From positions 1-64,000 of IMG/VR virus record IMGVR_UViG_3300045284_000330: 64,000 nt of DNA, one strand, 5' to 3'. The notes under the pieces were generated by a model. It was given only the letters and a program-made list of their open reading frames with translations. It had not been told where the DNA came from and made no database searches. This DNA is from a virus. The position numbers and the translations under genes were made by a program. Positions within the stretch are counted from its first letter, which is position 1; each line of letters starts with the position of its first letter. This document shows, piece after piece, positions 55,592 to 64,000 of this stretch.

Positions 55592-58500
55592 TCACGCGCT
55601 GCGTAGGAAGGCTTCATCCGGCTTACCGAAAATCTCCGCCGTCCAGCCCGACATGCTGCGAAAATGCGGGGCAATCTCGTTCTTGTATCTGATCCAACTC
55701 GGGCGGAATGCAATCGCCGATTGCCACTTTTGCCCGCGGATATAGTGCGCGCCGTCCACGGTCATCGGCACCCCGACACCGATCACCTTCTGATGCCCCT
55801 CCCGCCGCGCCACCTGAACGGCAAACAGCCCCGAGCTGCCGCCCCAGTCCAGCCCGGTATCGTGGGTGATCTCTGGGGCTTTGCGGTGCGCCCAGACCTG
55901 TTCCGGCTCCGGCAGCCCAGCCTTGCGCCGGCCGTTCAGCCAGGCGATGGGCCCCACAAGCTTGTCGGGATGCAGCGTGACCGCGACGCATTCATCAGGG
56001 AAAGTCTTGATCTGGTCGTTTATGGCAAACACGCGGAAGGGCAGATCGCCGATCAACTTCCTGGCCGCCTCCCAATCCTGCCTCCAGCACATGGCGCCGC
56101 CGAGCACGACCGCCACCGTCGCCGTGGGTGCATGGGGTGGTGGCGCACTCGGCAAACTCGGCAAACTGGACAAATCACCGGCTTTGCGCGCCTCGAACGT
56201 GCATGACTCGATCTGGTTGAAGTGATCCCCAATGACCCGGCCGTGCCCCTCGACGCCACGGAGCGCCGGGTCCTCCGATAGCCCAGACTCGCATGCCAGT
56301 ACATCGTCGAAGCCCGCGAAGTAGAGCGTGTCGCGCAGGAGCTGCGCGTTCCATGCGCATTCATGGCCATGAGCGTAGATGATCGCACTCATGGCGCCAC
56401 GCTTGTTGGGCCCGAGCTTCTGCCACTTGGTCGTAAAGCGGTGGTAGTCAGCGTCATCACATGCGGCGATCTGCTCCAGACTCGGCACAGTCACCCGAAG
56501 AACCCCGCCCGGCGCCAGGACCCTGTGGGCCTCCTGGAAGAAGCCGATCGCCGCTTTGTAAGGAACGTGCTCCACGCAATGCTCGATATTGACGTGACTC
56601 ACGCTGCCGTCCGGCCACGGCAACTTTTTGGTGATATCCACGTCAGCGTCGCGGTTCTCCCAACCAGCGAGCTTGTTGGTACCGCAGCCAAGATTTAGTT
56701 TGATGAGTATCGAGGCGCGCTCTTGCACCAGCTCATTGGGCTTCATGCGTTCCACGGCAAGCGCGGCCTCGACGAATTTTCTATACACACCTTGCTGCGC
56801 ACTGTCATGTTGGTGCGTCACCCAGTCTAGATCGAGATCGAGAATGTTGTCCTTGGTAATCTGGTTTTTGTCGGCCCGCTGCGCCTTCCACTGCATGATC
56901 TTCAGCCGGCATCCGTCCTTGGCCAGGATCTGCTGCCGAATGTAGCGCTCCGGTGTCGGCGCGACCTTCCGGTTCGGCCAATCATAGCGTTGAACGAAAT
57001 CGCTGCGCCGAAGGTAATCCGTCGAAAAGAACATGAGCCCGGTCTCAACCCAGAGCTTTTCATGCTCCTTGTGTTTCATCCCCTTCACATCGGTGGTTGC
57101 GCAATCGGCCTTCTCCTGCTGCATCCACCTGATGATGTCCCCCACGCAGAGCCGGAACAAGCTGTCGCCCTCTATATGCGCGACGTGCTCGTAACCCAGC
57201 TCGCAGGCGATCTCTAATCCCTTGCAAAAGGCCCGGCCCCAGCCGTCACGCCCCTCCGTCACGCCCTTGCGGCTGAGGTGGCCGATGTTGTCCGGAAAAT
57301 TGAAGACCATCCGGCGGTGTCGCTTGCCGTCATAAGGCGTCCAGTCCTCGAACTTCTTGATTGGCGACTGGCTGTCGACGGCGAGGAAATCGCAATCTCG
57401 TTCATTTAACGAGAAATGCAGCCGCTTCCACAGGTCCGTGAGATTGTCACGATCCGGGCTGTCCACATAGAACGTTCCGAACAACAGGGTGCTGCGCCTG
57501 GCCGCGAACGCCGTCACCGCTGCCAGCGCCTTCGGCACATCGATCGCCTTGTCGCAGCGGTGCTTGTTGCTGTGACAGTCGCATGGATTGAGAACGTCGA
57601 TCGGGAGCGTGGGGGCGAGGTGCGCGCCGACCCGCTGGGTCGTCCGATAGCTCTCGCGGCCGCCGTACACCACGATCAGCGGCGTCCCCACGGCCTGCGC
57701 CAGGACCGGCGCAAAGCCAGCGTTGCAGTAGACGAGGTCAGCTTCGGAAAACAGCGCCGCCATTTCCTCGAATGCCAGCTCCCCGTTGTGTAGCTTCAGG
57801 TCGGCCTCCTGCTCGGGCCCCTCGATCCACTCCTCGCCACGGCGCAGATCGGCGATGCTCACGACGTAGAACGAGTCCCGGATCGACCGAAAGATGGCGT
57901 CATAGGCCGCGGGGTCTGGATTGCGTGACCGGCCATCCCATTCCCGGCGCACCACGATCGGCCGGTGCACCATGAGCCGCTTGCCGCCCATATCGATCCG
58001 GCTCAGTCGATCGCGGGTCGATTGTCGCCATTCCGGCTTGATCGGCAGGCTGAAGTCAGGCCGCTCCGGCATTTGCAGACCGACGCATCCGAACATCGCC
58101 TCGAGGATCGAGCCGTGCTGATCGACAAGCGTCTTTGGATAGCCGATGCGTGCGACCCTCGCCGACGGCGGCGCCGCCGTAAACTTGGCCTGTTCGAATA
58201 GCCCCCGCTCCCGCTCAATGGTCTTTGCCTGCGCATGCAGCGAGGTGGGCCGCATCACCAGCTTGAGACCTTTGGCGACGAGGTCGTGATAAATCTGAAA
58301 GTGGCAGGTATGGAGCCAGACATCATAATCGCGCATCAGCACCCGCATCACCGCCCGCTGATGCAGATTGTCGCCGATACCGAAATGCCCGGTCACCGAG
58401 ATGCATGGCCTTGCCTGCTCTGGCGTCACTTTTGGAGGGAGCGGCTGCGGATGGGCGTGACGCTCGAACGTCGCTTCCTTCACCACGAGGTCGTTGCGCG

Positions 58501-58633
58501 CCAACAGCCGATCGACCGTGCCCTGATCGAGGTCGGCATATTTCATCGCGCCGGGAGCGAGATTGATCTCCCGATTGCGCGAGTCATAAAAAATGCGCGC
58601 CGCGCCAGCCGTGTTTTGCACAGCATAGATCAT
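55592..58633 (-). CDS. 1013-aa polyprotein: small N-domain, GT9-like GT-B, GT-A-like, SAM methyltransferase, Maf/MptE-like domain
   Basis: GIGDNL...LAQAVGTPLIVVYGG; AVDSQSP...HIEGDSL; LNLGCG...EHCVEH...LAPGG; VVLGGA...AIN...GSSGLFA. Confidence 0.8.
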   Translation of the reverse strand: MIYAVQNTAGAARIFYDSRNREINLAPGAMKYADLDQGTVDRLLARNDLVVKEATFERHAHPQPLPPKVTPEQARPCISVTGHFGIGDNLHQRAVMRVLMRDYDVWLHTCHFQIYHDLVAKGLKLVMRPTSLHAQAKTIERERGLFEQAKFTAAPPSARVARIGYPKTLVDQHGSILEAMFGCVGLQMPERPDFSLPIKPEWRQSTRDRLSRIDMGGKRLMVHRPIVVRREWDGRSRNPDPAAYDAIFRSIRDSFYVVSIADLRRGEEWIEGPEQEADLKLHNGELAFEEMAALFSEADLVYCNAGFAPVLAQAVGTPLIVVYGGRESYRTTQRVGAHLAPTLPIDVLNPCDCHSNKHRCDKAIDVPKALAAVTAFAARRSTLLFGTFYVDSPDRDNLTDLWKRLHFSLNERDCDFLAVDSQSPIKKFEDWTPYDGKRHRRMVFNFPDNIGHLSRKGVTEGRDGWGRAFCKGLEIACELGYEHVAHIEGDSLFRLCVGDIIRWMQQEKADCATTDVKGMKHKEHEKLWVETGLMFFSTDYLRRSDFVQRYDWPNRKVAPTPERYIRQQILAKDGCRLKIMQWKAQRADKNQITKDNILDLDLDWVTHQHDSAQQGVYRKFVEAALAVERMKPNELVQERASILIKLNLGCGTNKLAGWENRDADVDITKKLPWPDGSVSHVNIEHCVEHVPYKAAIGFFQEAHRVLAPGGVLRVTVPSLEQIAACDDADYHRFTTKWQKLGPNKRGAMSAIIYAHGHECAWNAQLLRDTLYFAGFDDVLACESGLSEDPALRGVEGHGRVIGDHFNQIESCTFEARKAGDLSSLPSLPSAPPPHAPTATVAVVLGGAMCWRQDWEAARKLIGDLPFRVFAINDQIKTFPDECVAVTLHPDKLVGPIAWLNGRRKAGLPEPEQVWAHRKAPEITHDTGLDWGGSSGLFAVQVARREGHQKVIGVGVPMTVDGAHYIRGQKWQSAIAFRPSWIRYKNEIAPHFRSMSGWTAEIFGKPDEAFLRSA

Positions 58634-58878
58634 CGCCGCCGCAACTTCTGCATCGCCTCAGCAAACTCCGACGCCGTCAGCGGCTCACGCCCAAGCGCAG
58701 CGCCGACAGCCTGCGCGCACCTCGCCAGAGCGTCATCGAGGGCGGAATCGGGCCCGCCCACTTCCGCGTAAATAGCCATGATCCGGTCCATGTCCACATT
58801 GGTGTGGCCGACATAAGACTTGCACTCGGCGATCTTCTCCTCCCTGGTCATGCACCTGATGTTCTCTTCGATGCGCAT
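58630..58878 (-). CDS. Hypothetical protein
   Basis: Coupled ORF. Confidence 0.55.
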   Translation of the reverse strand: MRIEENIRCMTREEKIAECKSYVGHTNVDMDRIMAIYAEVGGPDSALDDALARCAQAVGAALGREPLTASEFAEAMQKLRRR

Positions 58879-58881
58879 AAT

Positions 58882-60726
58882 TCATTTCCCTATTTTCGGG
58901 TCCGGCAGGAATTTCTCGATCTTGGCCACAGGTATGAATTGGCCCTTCGGATTGATCACCTGCTCGCCAGACACGATCTTGTAGCCAGACGTTCCAGTGT
59001 TCTTGCCCTTTTTCCAATTACTGGTCCCGTGCAACAGAATATCCGGCTTGCCTAATATCTTTGCGGCAACCGATGGCGACACCGGCTGCAACGGCTTGGT
59101 CTTATCAGGATTGCCTTTGTCATCCTTGGGATAATCGATAAACAAGCGGCGCATCTTCACGTCATTGGTGTCCAGCGTCTTGTTGGCCCATATCTGTAAT
59201 TCGGCCATCTCGACGCCGGTATTGTGCTTGGTGAGTATATTCCCTGTCGGGATGCCGATCCGCTTCTCTTTGACCGGGATGACAAACCCAGTGCAACTGT
59301 ATTTCGGCACGTCGAGGTCTTTGGCTGGATCGGGATTGGTGGGACGCGGCGGGTCGATCGACCCCTTGCCGTCTGCAGGTTGCCCCGCTATGACAGCCCA
59401 TTCGACGCCAGTGTATACGAGCCAGTTGAAATCACCTTCCGTGATGTACCGGTTTCCTGGCGCCAGCCCGGCAGCGGAGTTGAAGCGGGGCAACCCGTCC
59501 CTCGGGTTGCCCCAGAAGCCACGAATCCAAACGTTTTGCGGAACAATTTCGTTTGGCTCCAGCCCAAGTTGTTTGCGGCTGTAGGTGGCGTCGGGACCGA
59601 AAGGAAAAAGACCATTCATCCCCATTCCATCCAACTGAGGAGATATGATCCCATTGGGAACCACAGGGGCGTGCTGAAGCGAACTATCCGTGTAGTTCTT
59701 GTCGTCAAATGCCAGCCACGCCTTGCAGGCGGTCTTTGTGTCTGGTGGGACGAGGTCGCCTCCTCCTGGCGGCAGCGGCGTCTCTGGAAGCACCGAGGTC
59801 ACCCCGCCGCTGATGTCGAAGGAAAACAGCAGATGGTGCCAGGTCGCGTCGTCGATCCGCGGCGGAAGCGGGAATTCGTTGCCTGCCCGCTCTCCCCCGA
59901 TGACGAAAAACTCCGGCCCTGCCGCCATCACCTCGTTAGAAATGTCCTTGTAGTAGAACAGGAAGCCGTCCCAGTATCCTGGGATCTTTTCCACCGAAAG
60001 ACCTGGGGTGTGGAAGATGGTCTGCGTCGCCGTGATGGGGGTGAGGTTGTCTAGCTGGTAAGCGTATCCCTTGTAGTCTGCCCTGGTCTTGGTCTGTAGA
60101 CAAATCGTCAGGTAGCCGTCCTGGGCGATCCCGATGAACGACTGGGGGACCATCTTAGGTTTGTTCTGTGCTGCCCCCAGCTTCATGTTGGCCACCTTGA
60201 GTTTCCCGTCGATACCCACTGGTTTACCCCCCAGCACCTTCCAGTATGGTTTATAGGGTGGGGGCCAATCGGTAACCCGGTAGATGACGTTGAGCCCTGA
60301 GATAAATAGGACTGCCTCGATCACGTCGGGTCGTTGCAGTTCCCACGGGCAGTAGTCGTAGCTCTGGTCGTCGTCTCCGAAGGTCAAGATCATGCGCATC
60401 TGGCTGACCGCTAATGGCGGTGGCAGTGGCATAATCACTGGCGCGGGTCCATAGAAGGGGCTACCGCCTAAGAAGAGACCGCCTCCCAAGACGGAGCCTA
60501 CCGGGATGCCGTAGGCGCTCCAGTAGAAGATCGACGGTGGGTCAAGTGTCTTGACCAGCTCCGTCGTGTCTGGCGGCAGCATTGAGGTCCCGCCGGCCTC
60601 CCATGGTCCCGACGGCCACTTGTCGCCATCCGGCGCCTTTCCCTTTGATAGGTCTCTGAACCAGACCGATATTATGCCCGAACTCATATCAGGCATGGGA
60701 GCGGCTTCCATTTCAAGATAGCTCAT
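58882..60726 (-). CDS. Putative tail protein with LamG-like elements
   Basis: ISVWFR, DATWHHLLFSFD, MAELQIW. Confidence 0.6.
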   Translation of the reverse strand: MSYLEMEAAPMPDMSSGIISVWFRDLSKGKAPDGDKWPSGPWEAGGTSMLPPDTTELVKTLDPPSIFYWSAYGIPVGSVLGGGLFLGGSPFYGPAPVIMPLPPPLAVSQMRMILTFGDDDQSYDYCPWELQRPDVIEAVLFISGLNVIYRVTDWPPPYKPYWKVLGGKPVGIDGKLKVANMKLGAAQNKPKMVPQSFIGIAQDGYLTICLQTKTRADYKGYAYQLDNLTPITATQTIFHTPGLSVEKIPGYWDGFLFYYKDISNEVMAAGPEFFVIGGERAGNEFPLPPRIDDATWHHLLFSFDISGGVTSVLPETPLPPGGGDLVPPDTKTACKAWLAFDDKNYTDSSLQHAPVVPNGIISPQLDGMGMNGLFPFGPDATYSRKQLGLEPNEIVPQNVWIRGFWGNPRDGLPRFNSAAGLAPGNRYITEGDFNWLVYTGVEWAVIAGQPADGKGSIDPPRPTNPDPAKDLDVPKYSCTGFVIPVKEKRIGIPTGNILTKHNTGVEMAELQIWANKTLDTNDVKMRRLFIDYPKDDKGNPDKTKPLQPVSPSVAAKILGKPDILLHGTSNWKKGKNTGTSGYKIVSGEQVINPKGQFIPVAKIEKFLPDPKIGK

Positions 60727-61937
60727 GCGTCCTCGCGCTTCTGCTCCATGATCCTGAGCACCATCTTCTTAGGTGGCTTGAACGGCGGCGAGTCTTGGTT
60801 CTGCGGCGCAAAGATCACGGCCAGACCGCCCCAGCTGAGGTTGACAATCGATTGCAACGGATCGGTCCTGACCACCGATGACACGCCATCGACATCAACC
60901 GCCTGCGGATCGCCATCGTCGAAATACTGCTCGTATATGTTTTGGTTTTCAGCCAGCGACATTGCAACTTTCTGGCCCTGAACACCGCCTCTCTGCTCCT
61001 CCGTCTGAAAGCGATGGAAATATCTAATCGTAAGCTCGTAATCAATGTATTGAGAGGTATCCTTCTCGCCTTGCTGCAATTGTTGAAGGTAATCCTCGTA
61101 AGGAACGATCATCGGATGCGTGCCGTCGTCGTCCGACATCTTAAATCCAGCGAGATCGTTATTGTAGACCTTGACCACCCGAACCTTTCGGTCCGCTGGG
61201 TTCTGATCGTCGTCGCCTTCGCCGCCAGGCTGATCATTGTGGAACGTGAAGATGACCTCCTGACCCTGCCTGCCGGAGTAAAGATCGGACTGCGAAATCT
61301 GTGTCCCCGTCCTATCGATCACCCAGAGCTGGTTATCATCCCCGTCCTCGACATCGCTTATGGAGATGTCTGGATTCTTTACCTCAAGCTGATGCGTCGT
61401 CCTCGCCGCGTTCGCGTTCTCGTACTGAATGTCGGCATTGCTGTCATCTATGTTATCGTCTGGGTTGGCAGGATCGTCATTCCAATGAACGACAAAATCG
61501 ATCTGCTGCGCGTTGGAACCATAGCTGTCGCCCCAGAAAGTCACCGGCAGATCCTCCACCCGAAGCATGTCGAACCAGGTGTCGGTAAGTATGGTATTCT
61601 GGTCTCCCGCGCCTTTCTTCCGAGCGTCACCGCCGCCCTCCAAAGCAAAGACTCGCTTGACATGGGCACTCCGGCCTGAAGCAGGAAAGCCGTCGCCATT
61701 CCCACCGCCATTGGCGGCAACGTTCTCGTTCTTGGCCTGCGTGCAATAGCTCGTGACGGTCTCGTCGAAATGGGCTTGGCCGGTTATGATCGGCGGCAGC
61801 TGTCCAGCCCCCGATGAGCCAAATCCCGGTGTGATCGAGATCGGAAGATTGCTCGTCAGCGGCTGATTGGCCCGCTCCCCAGGCGCAGTGTCGGGAAGTT
61901 GATACGCGCGGACGAGGTCTGATGGTCCCTGCGCCAT
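60723..61937 (-). CDS. Putative acidic tail protein
   Basis: Asp-rich; position in structural operon. Confidence 0.55.
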   Translation of the reverse strand: MAQGPSDLVRAYQLPDTAPGERANQPLTSNLPISITPGFGSSGAGQLPPIITGQAHFDETVTSYCTQAKNENVAANGGGNGDGFPASGRSAHVKRVFALEGGGDARKKGAGDQNTILTDTWFDMLRVEDLPVTFWGDSYGSNAQQIDFVVHWNDDPANPDDNIDDSNADIQYENANAARTTHQLEVKNPDISISDVEDGDDNQLWVIDRTGTQISQSDLYSGRQGQEVIFTFHNDQPGGEGDDDQNPADRKVRVVKVYNNDLAGFKMSDDDGTHPMIVPYEDYLQQLQQGEKDTSQYIDYELTIRYFHRFQTEEQRGGVQGQKVAMSLAENQNIYEQYFDDGDPQAVDVDGVSSVVRTDPLQSIVNLSWGGLAVIFAPQNQDSPPFKPPKKMVLRIMEQKREDA

Positions 61938-61938
61938 A

Positions 61939-62649
61939 TCAGATTCCCGCCGCCAGAATGATGCCATGAGGCGGCAGATGCGTGCCTGACTGGACCGCAA
62001 GCATTGCCCCCGCGCCGTCCATCTGGGCTGCCCCGGCGAGGAGCGCGGAGCCTACGCCATGGAAAGCCACGGCCGCCTGACCATCCATCGCCGCAGAACC
62101 GACGTAGAAGCCGCCCGTCACGCTGCCAGCGAACGCGGCCGCGGCCGCGCCGTCCATGCGCGCCTTGCTGCCGCCCACGGCGCCATGAAAGTCGGGCGAG
62201 GTGAGGCCGTCCATCTCGGCCGAGCCGACGGAGGCGAGATCGCCCGTGAACGCCGCATCGCCCACGCCGTCCATCTGGGCATGACCCGAGATGACAACCC
62301 TGGCGCCGAACGCCGCCGACGCCACGCCATCCATCTGCGCCGCGCCAAACTCGGCCTCGATCGCGGTGAATTGGACCGATGCAGCGCCATCCATCTGGGC
62401 GGGTGCGGCTGTCCGAAGCGTCGCGCCCGCGAATGCGCCACTGGCGACGCCGTCCATCTGGGCCGCGCCAAGCCGTCCGGCGCGGGCGGCGAAGCTGGCG
62501 CTGGCGGCGCCGTCCATCTGGGCCGCGCCCGCATTTATGGTCACCACACCGATCTCAACGATCGGGACGCCGGGGGCGAGGGTGGTCTTGCCGGCACCGG
62601 CATCGGTGATGAATGCGACGCTCGGCAGCCCAGTCAGATAGACGGTCAC
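61939..62649 (-). CDS. Structural protein with about nine AQMDG...F repeats
   Basis: Repeat of roughly 20 aa visible in protein and DNA. Confidence 0.65.
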   Translation of the reverse strand: MTVYLTGLPSVAFITDAGAGKTTLAPGVPIVEIGVVTINAGAAQMDGAASASFAARAGRLGAAQMDGVASGAFAGATLRTAAPAQMDGAASVQFTAIEAEFGAAQMDGVASAAFGARVVISGHAQMDGVGDAAFTGDLASVGSAEMDGLTSPDFHGAVGGSKARMDGAAAAAFAGSVTGGFYVGSAAMDGQAAVAFHGVGSALLAGAAQMDGAGAMLAVQSGTHLPPHGIILAAGI

Positions 62650-64000
62650 GTAAGCACCACCGTCGGATCGATGTAGTAGGTGGCCGACGGCTTGCCGACG
62701 CGCACCCGCGCCTCAAGGATGCCCGGCAAGCCTGGCTGCGGAGAGGAGAGCGTCGCAACCAGCTTGAACGGTGACCAGCCCGCGCCAGAGCCGCCGCCGT
62801 TCCACGTCGAGCTGTCCGACGCCACCGCAGCATTCGCTGCAAGCGTGCTGCTCTTGGTCGTGCTGACGATCGTGCCAACGGGGAACGACGCGTTGCCGAG
62901 GTATTCGACCTCCAGCCAAATGTCGTCATTATTGGGCAGCGCACCGGCATTGACGGTCCCGCAAACCGTCACTGTGACGTTGGCGCCTATCGTTGAATTC
63001 CAGATCGCATAAGGTTCTGCCTGAAACGGCCGCAGCCATTGCGCGTTGCCGGTGCTGACGATCTTGCGGGATTGCGCCTGCCCGCTCGGATCGCTAGCGC
63101 CGCCAACGCGCGTGATCGATGTCTCGGTCGTCTCGGTGCCCTCGTACTGATAGCGCGCCGACTTGTACGCCGTGCCGCTGCTGTCGGAGCGAACGTATTG
63201 AACTGTCATGCCAGAAAGGGTGGGAATAGCGAACGTGGCCGATGCGTTGAGCTTGCAGTCCTTAACAAGAAAACTACCCAGTGCAGTGCTAGCACTAAAG
63301 ATATTGCCGGTCAGCTGACTCAGATCAACCGCCTCCAACACGACAGACGTAAAAGAGTTGCTGCCTGGAACTATGAAGTTATTAGGAACTGACGAACCTG
63401 ACGCCAGCACTTGGCCGGTGTTTTGCCAAGTTAATTGGCCCAATTGCACGCTTATGATTTGCCCAGTGTTTGCGAACTTGACCGTCGTGTTGTTGAACGT
63501 TACGGCGCCAGCGCCAGCACCACTGGATAGAACTATCTGTGCGCTCGCGCTGGTGGCCATCACAAGAGAACAGTTGTCCAAGTAGACCGTGCATAACTGC
63601 GCAGAAAAATTGAGACCTGCGGCTGCAGATTGCCCGACCCCTGCCACAAACGACACGCCATAGAAATAAAAACCGCCTGACACTGTTGGCGTAAAATTAA
63701 GGTTGACAGCACCCGTGGTCGAGATCGACGCCCCGGTCGTCAGATCACTGGCTGCTGGCGGGTAGCTGCCGCTGTGATTGTGGCAAAGCATCCTACTGAC
63801 GGTCGAAGGCGAGCCGGTCGGCTGGATATTGATGGTCGTCGCCTGTGACTCGGCGTGGTTGTCGCCGACATAGATCGTATTGCCAGGCGCGAACCAGTTC
63901 GTCGCGCAGGCATTCGCCAGCCGCGCGTGGGGCGCGCCGCCGCCGCTGAAATTGCCCACCACGCCGAGGCAGGTCCACGTCACCGTACTGTCGGTCTGTG
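62646..64000 (-). CDS. Tail fibre or beta-helix-like structural protein, 5'-truncated
   Basis: Ser/Thr/Gly-rich; TVTWTC; YYIDP C-terminus. Confidence 0.65.
   Translation of the reverse strand, partial: QTDSTVTWTCLGVVGNFSGGGAPHARLANACATNWFAPGNTIYVGDNHAESQATTINIQPTGSPSTVSRMLCHNHSGSYPPAASDLTTGASISTTGAVNLNFTPTVSGGFYFYGVSFVAGVGQSAAAGLNFSAQLCTVYLDNCSLVMATSASAQIVLSSGAGAGAVTFNNTTVKFANTGQIISVQLGQLTWQNTGQVLASGSSVPNNFIVPGSNSFTSVVLEAVDLSQLTGNIFSASTALGSFLVKDCKLNASATFAIPTLSGMTVQYVRSDSSGTAYKSARYQYEGTETTETSITRVGGASDPSGQAQSRKIVSTGNAQWLRPFQAEPYAIWNSTIGANVTVTVCGTVNAGALPNNDDIWLEVEYLGNASFPVGTIVSTTKSSTLAANAAVASDSSTWNGGGSGAGWSPFKLVATLSSPQPGLPGILEARVRVGKPSATYYIDPTVVLT

Noticed and set aside
58882-64000. Diversity-generating retroelement or invertible tail cassette
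   Set aside because: No reverse transcriptase, no TR/VR pair and no inverted crossover sites noticed near tail genes

Overview
The whole window is one GC-rich temperate tailed phage (probably a siphovirus). The host is inferred to be an alphaproteobacterium from GcrA-like and GapR-like genes and CTTGAC-type promoters. No host genes are present and attP looks intact, so this is the excised or virion form. Layout from the window start: tape measure gene running off position 1 in a poly-Pro repeat; tail and head genes to 10.5 kb (minus strand); accessory region at 10.7-19.4 kb (methyltransferases, broken GcrA, small secreted, membrane and coiled-coil genes, serine resolvase); putative TerS, origin, helicase and early genes at 19.4-27.4 kb; cro/cI switch; YqaJ-RecT and other early genes; tyrosine integrase with an attP carrying the 5' half of tRNA-Ser(GCT); more small genes; then, on the minus strand, MuF, portal, lysis, collagen, TerL, a 1013-aa glycosyltransferase polyprotein and tail-tip genes. 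Best leads: (1) the GT-B/GT-A/methyltransferase/Maf-like polyprotein, whose N-terminus resembles the small gene after the capsid gene, a candidate virion glycosylation system; (2) 11 copies of a 17-bp operator RTNAAG-N5-CTTNAY, many controlling apparently leaderless small coiled-coil or membrane genes; (3) repeat-delimited hairpin cassettes upstream of the resolvase; (4) an attP that supplies a promoter and the tRNA 5' half; (5) two Acb2/Tad1-like candidate anti-defence proteins. All family assignments are by-eye motif recognition; no searches were run.
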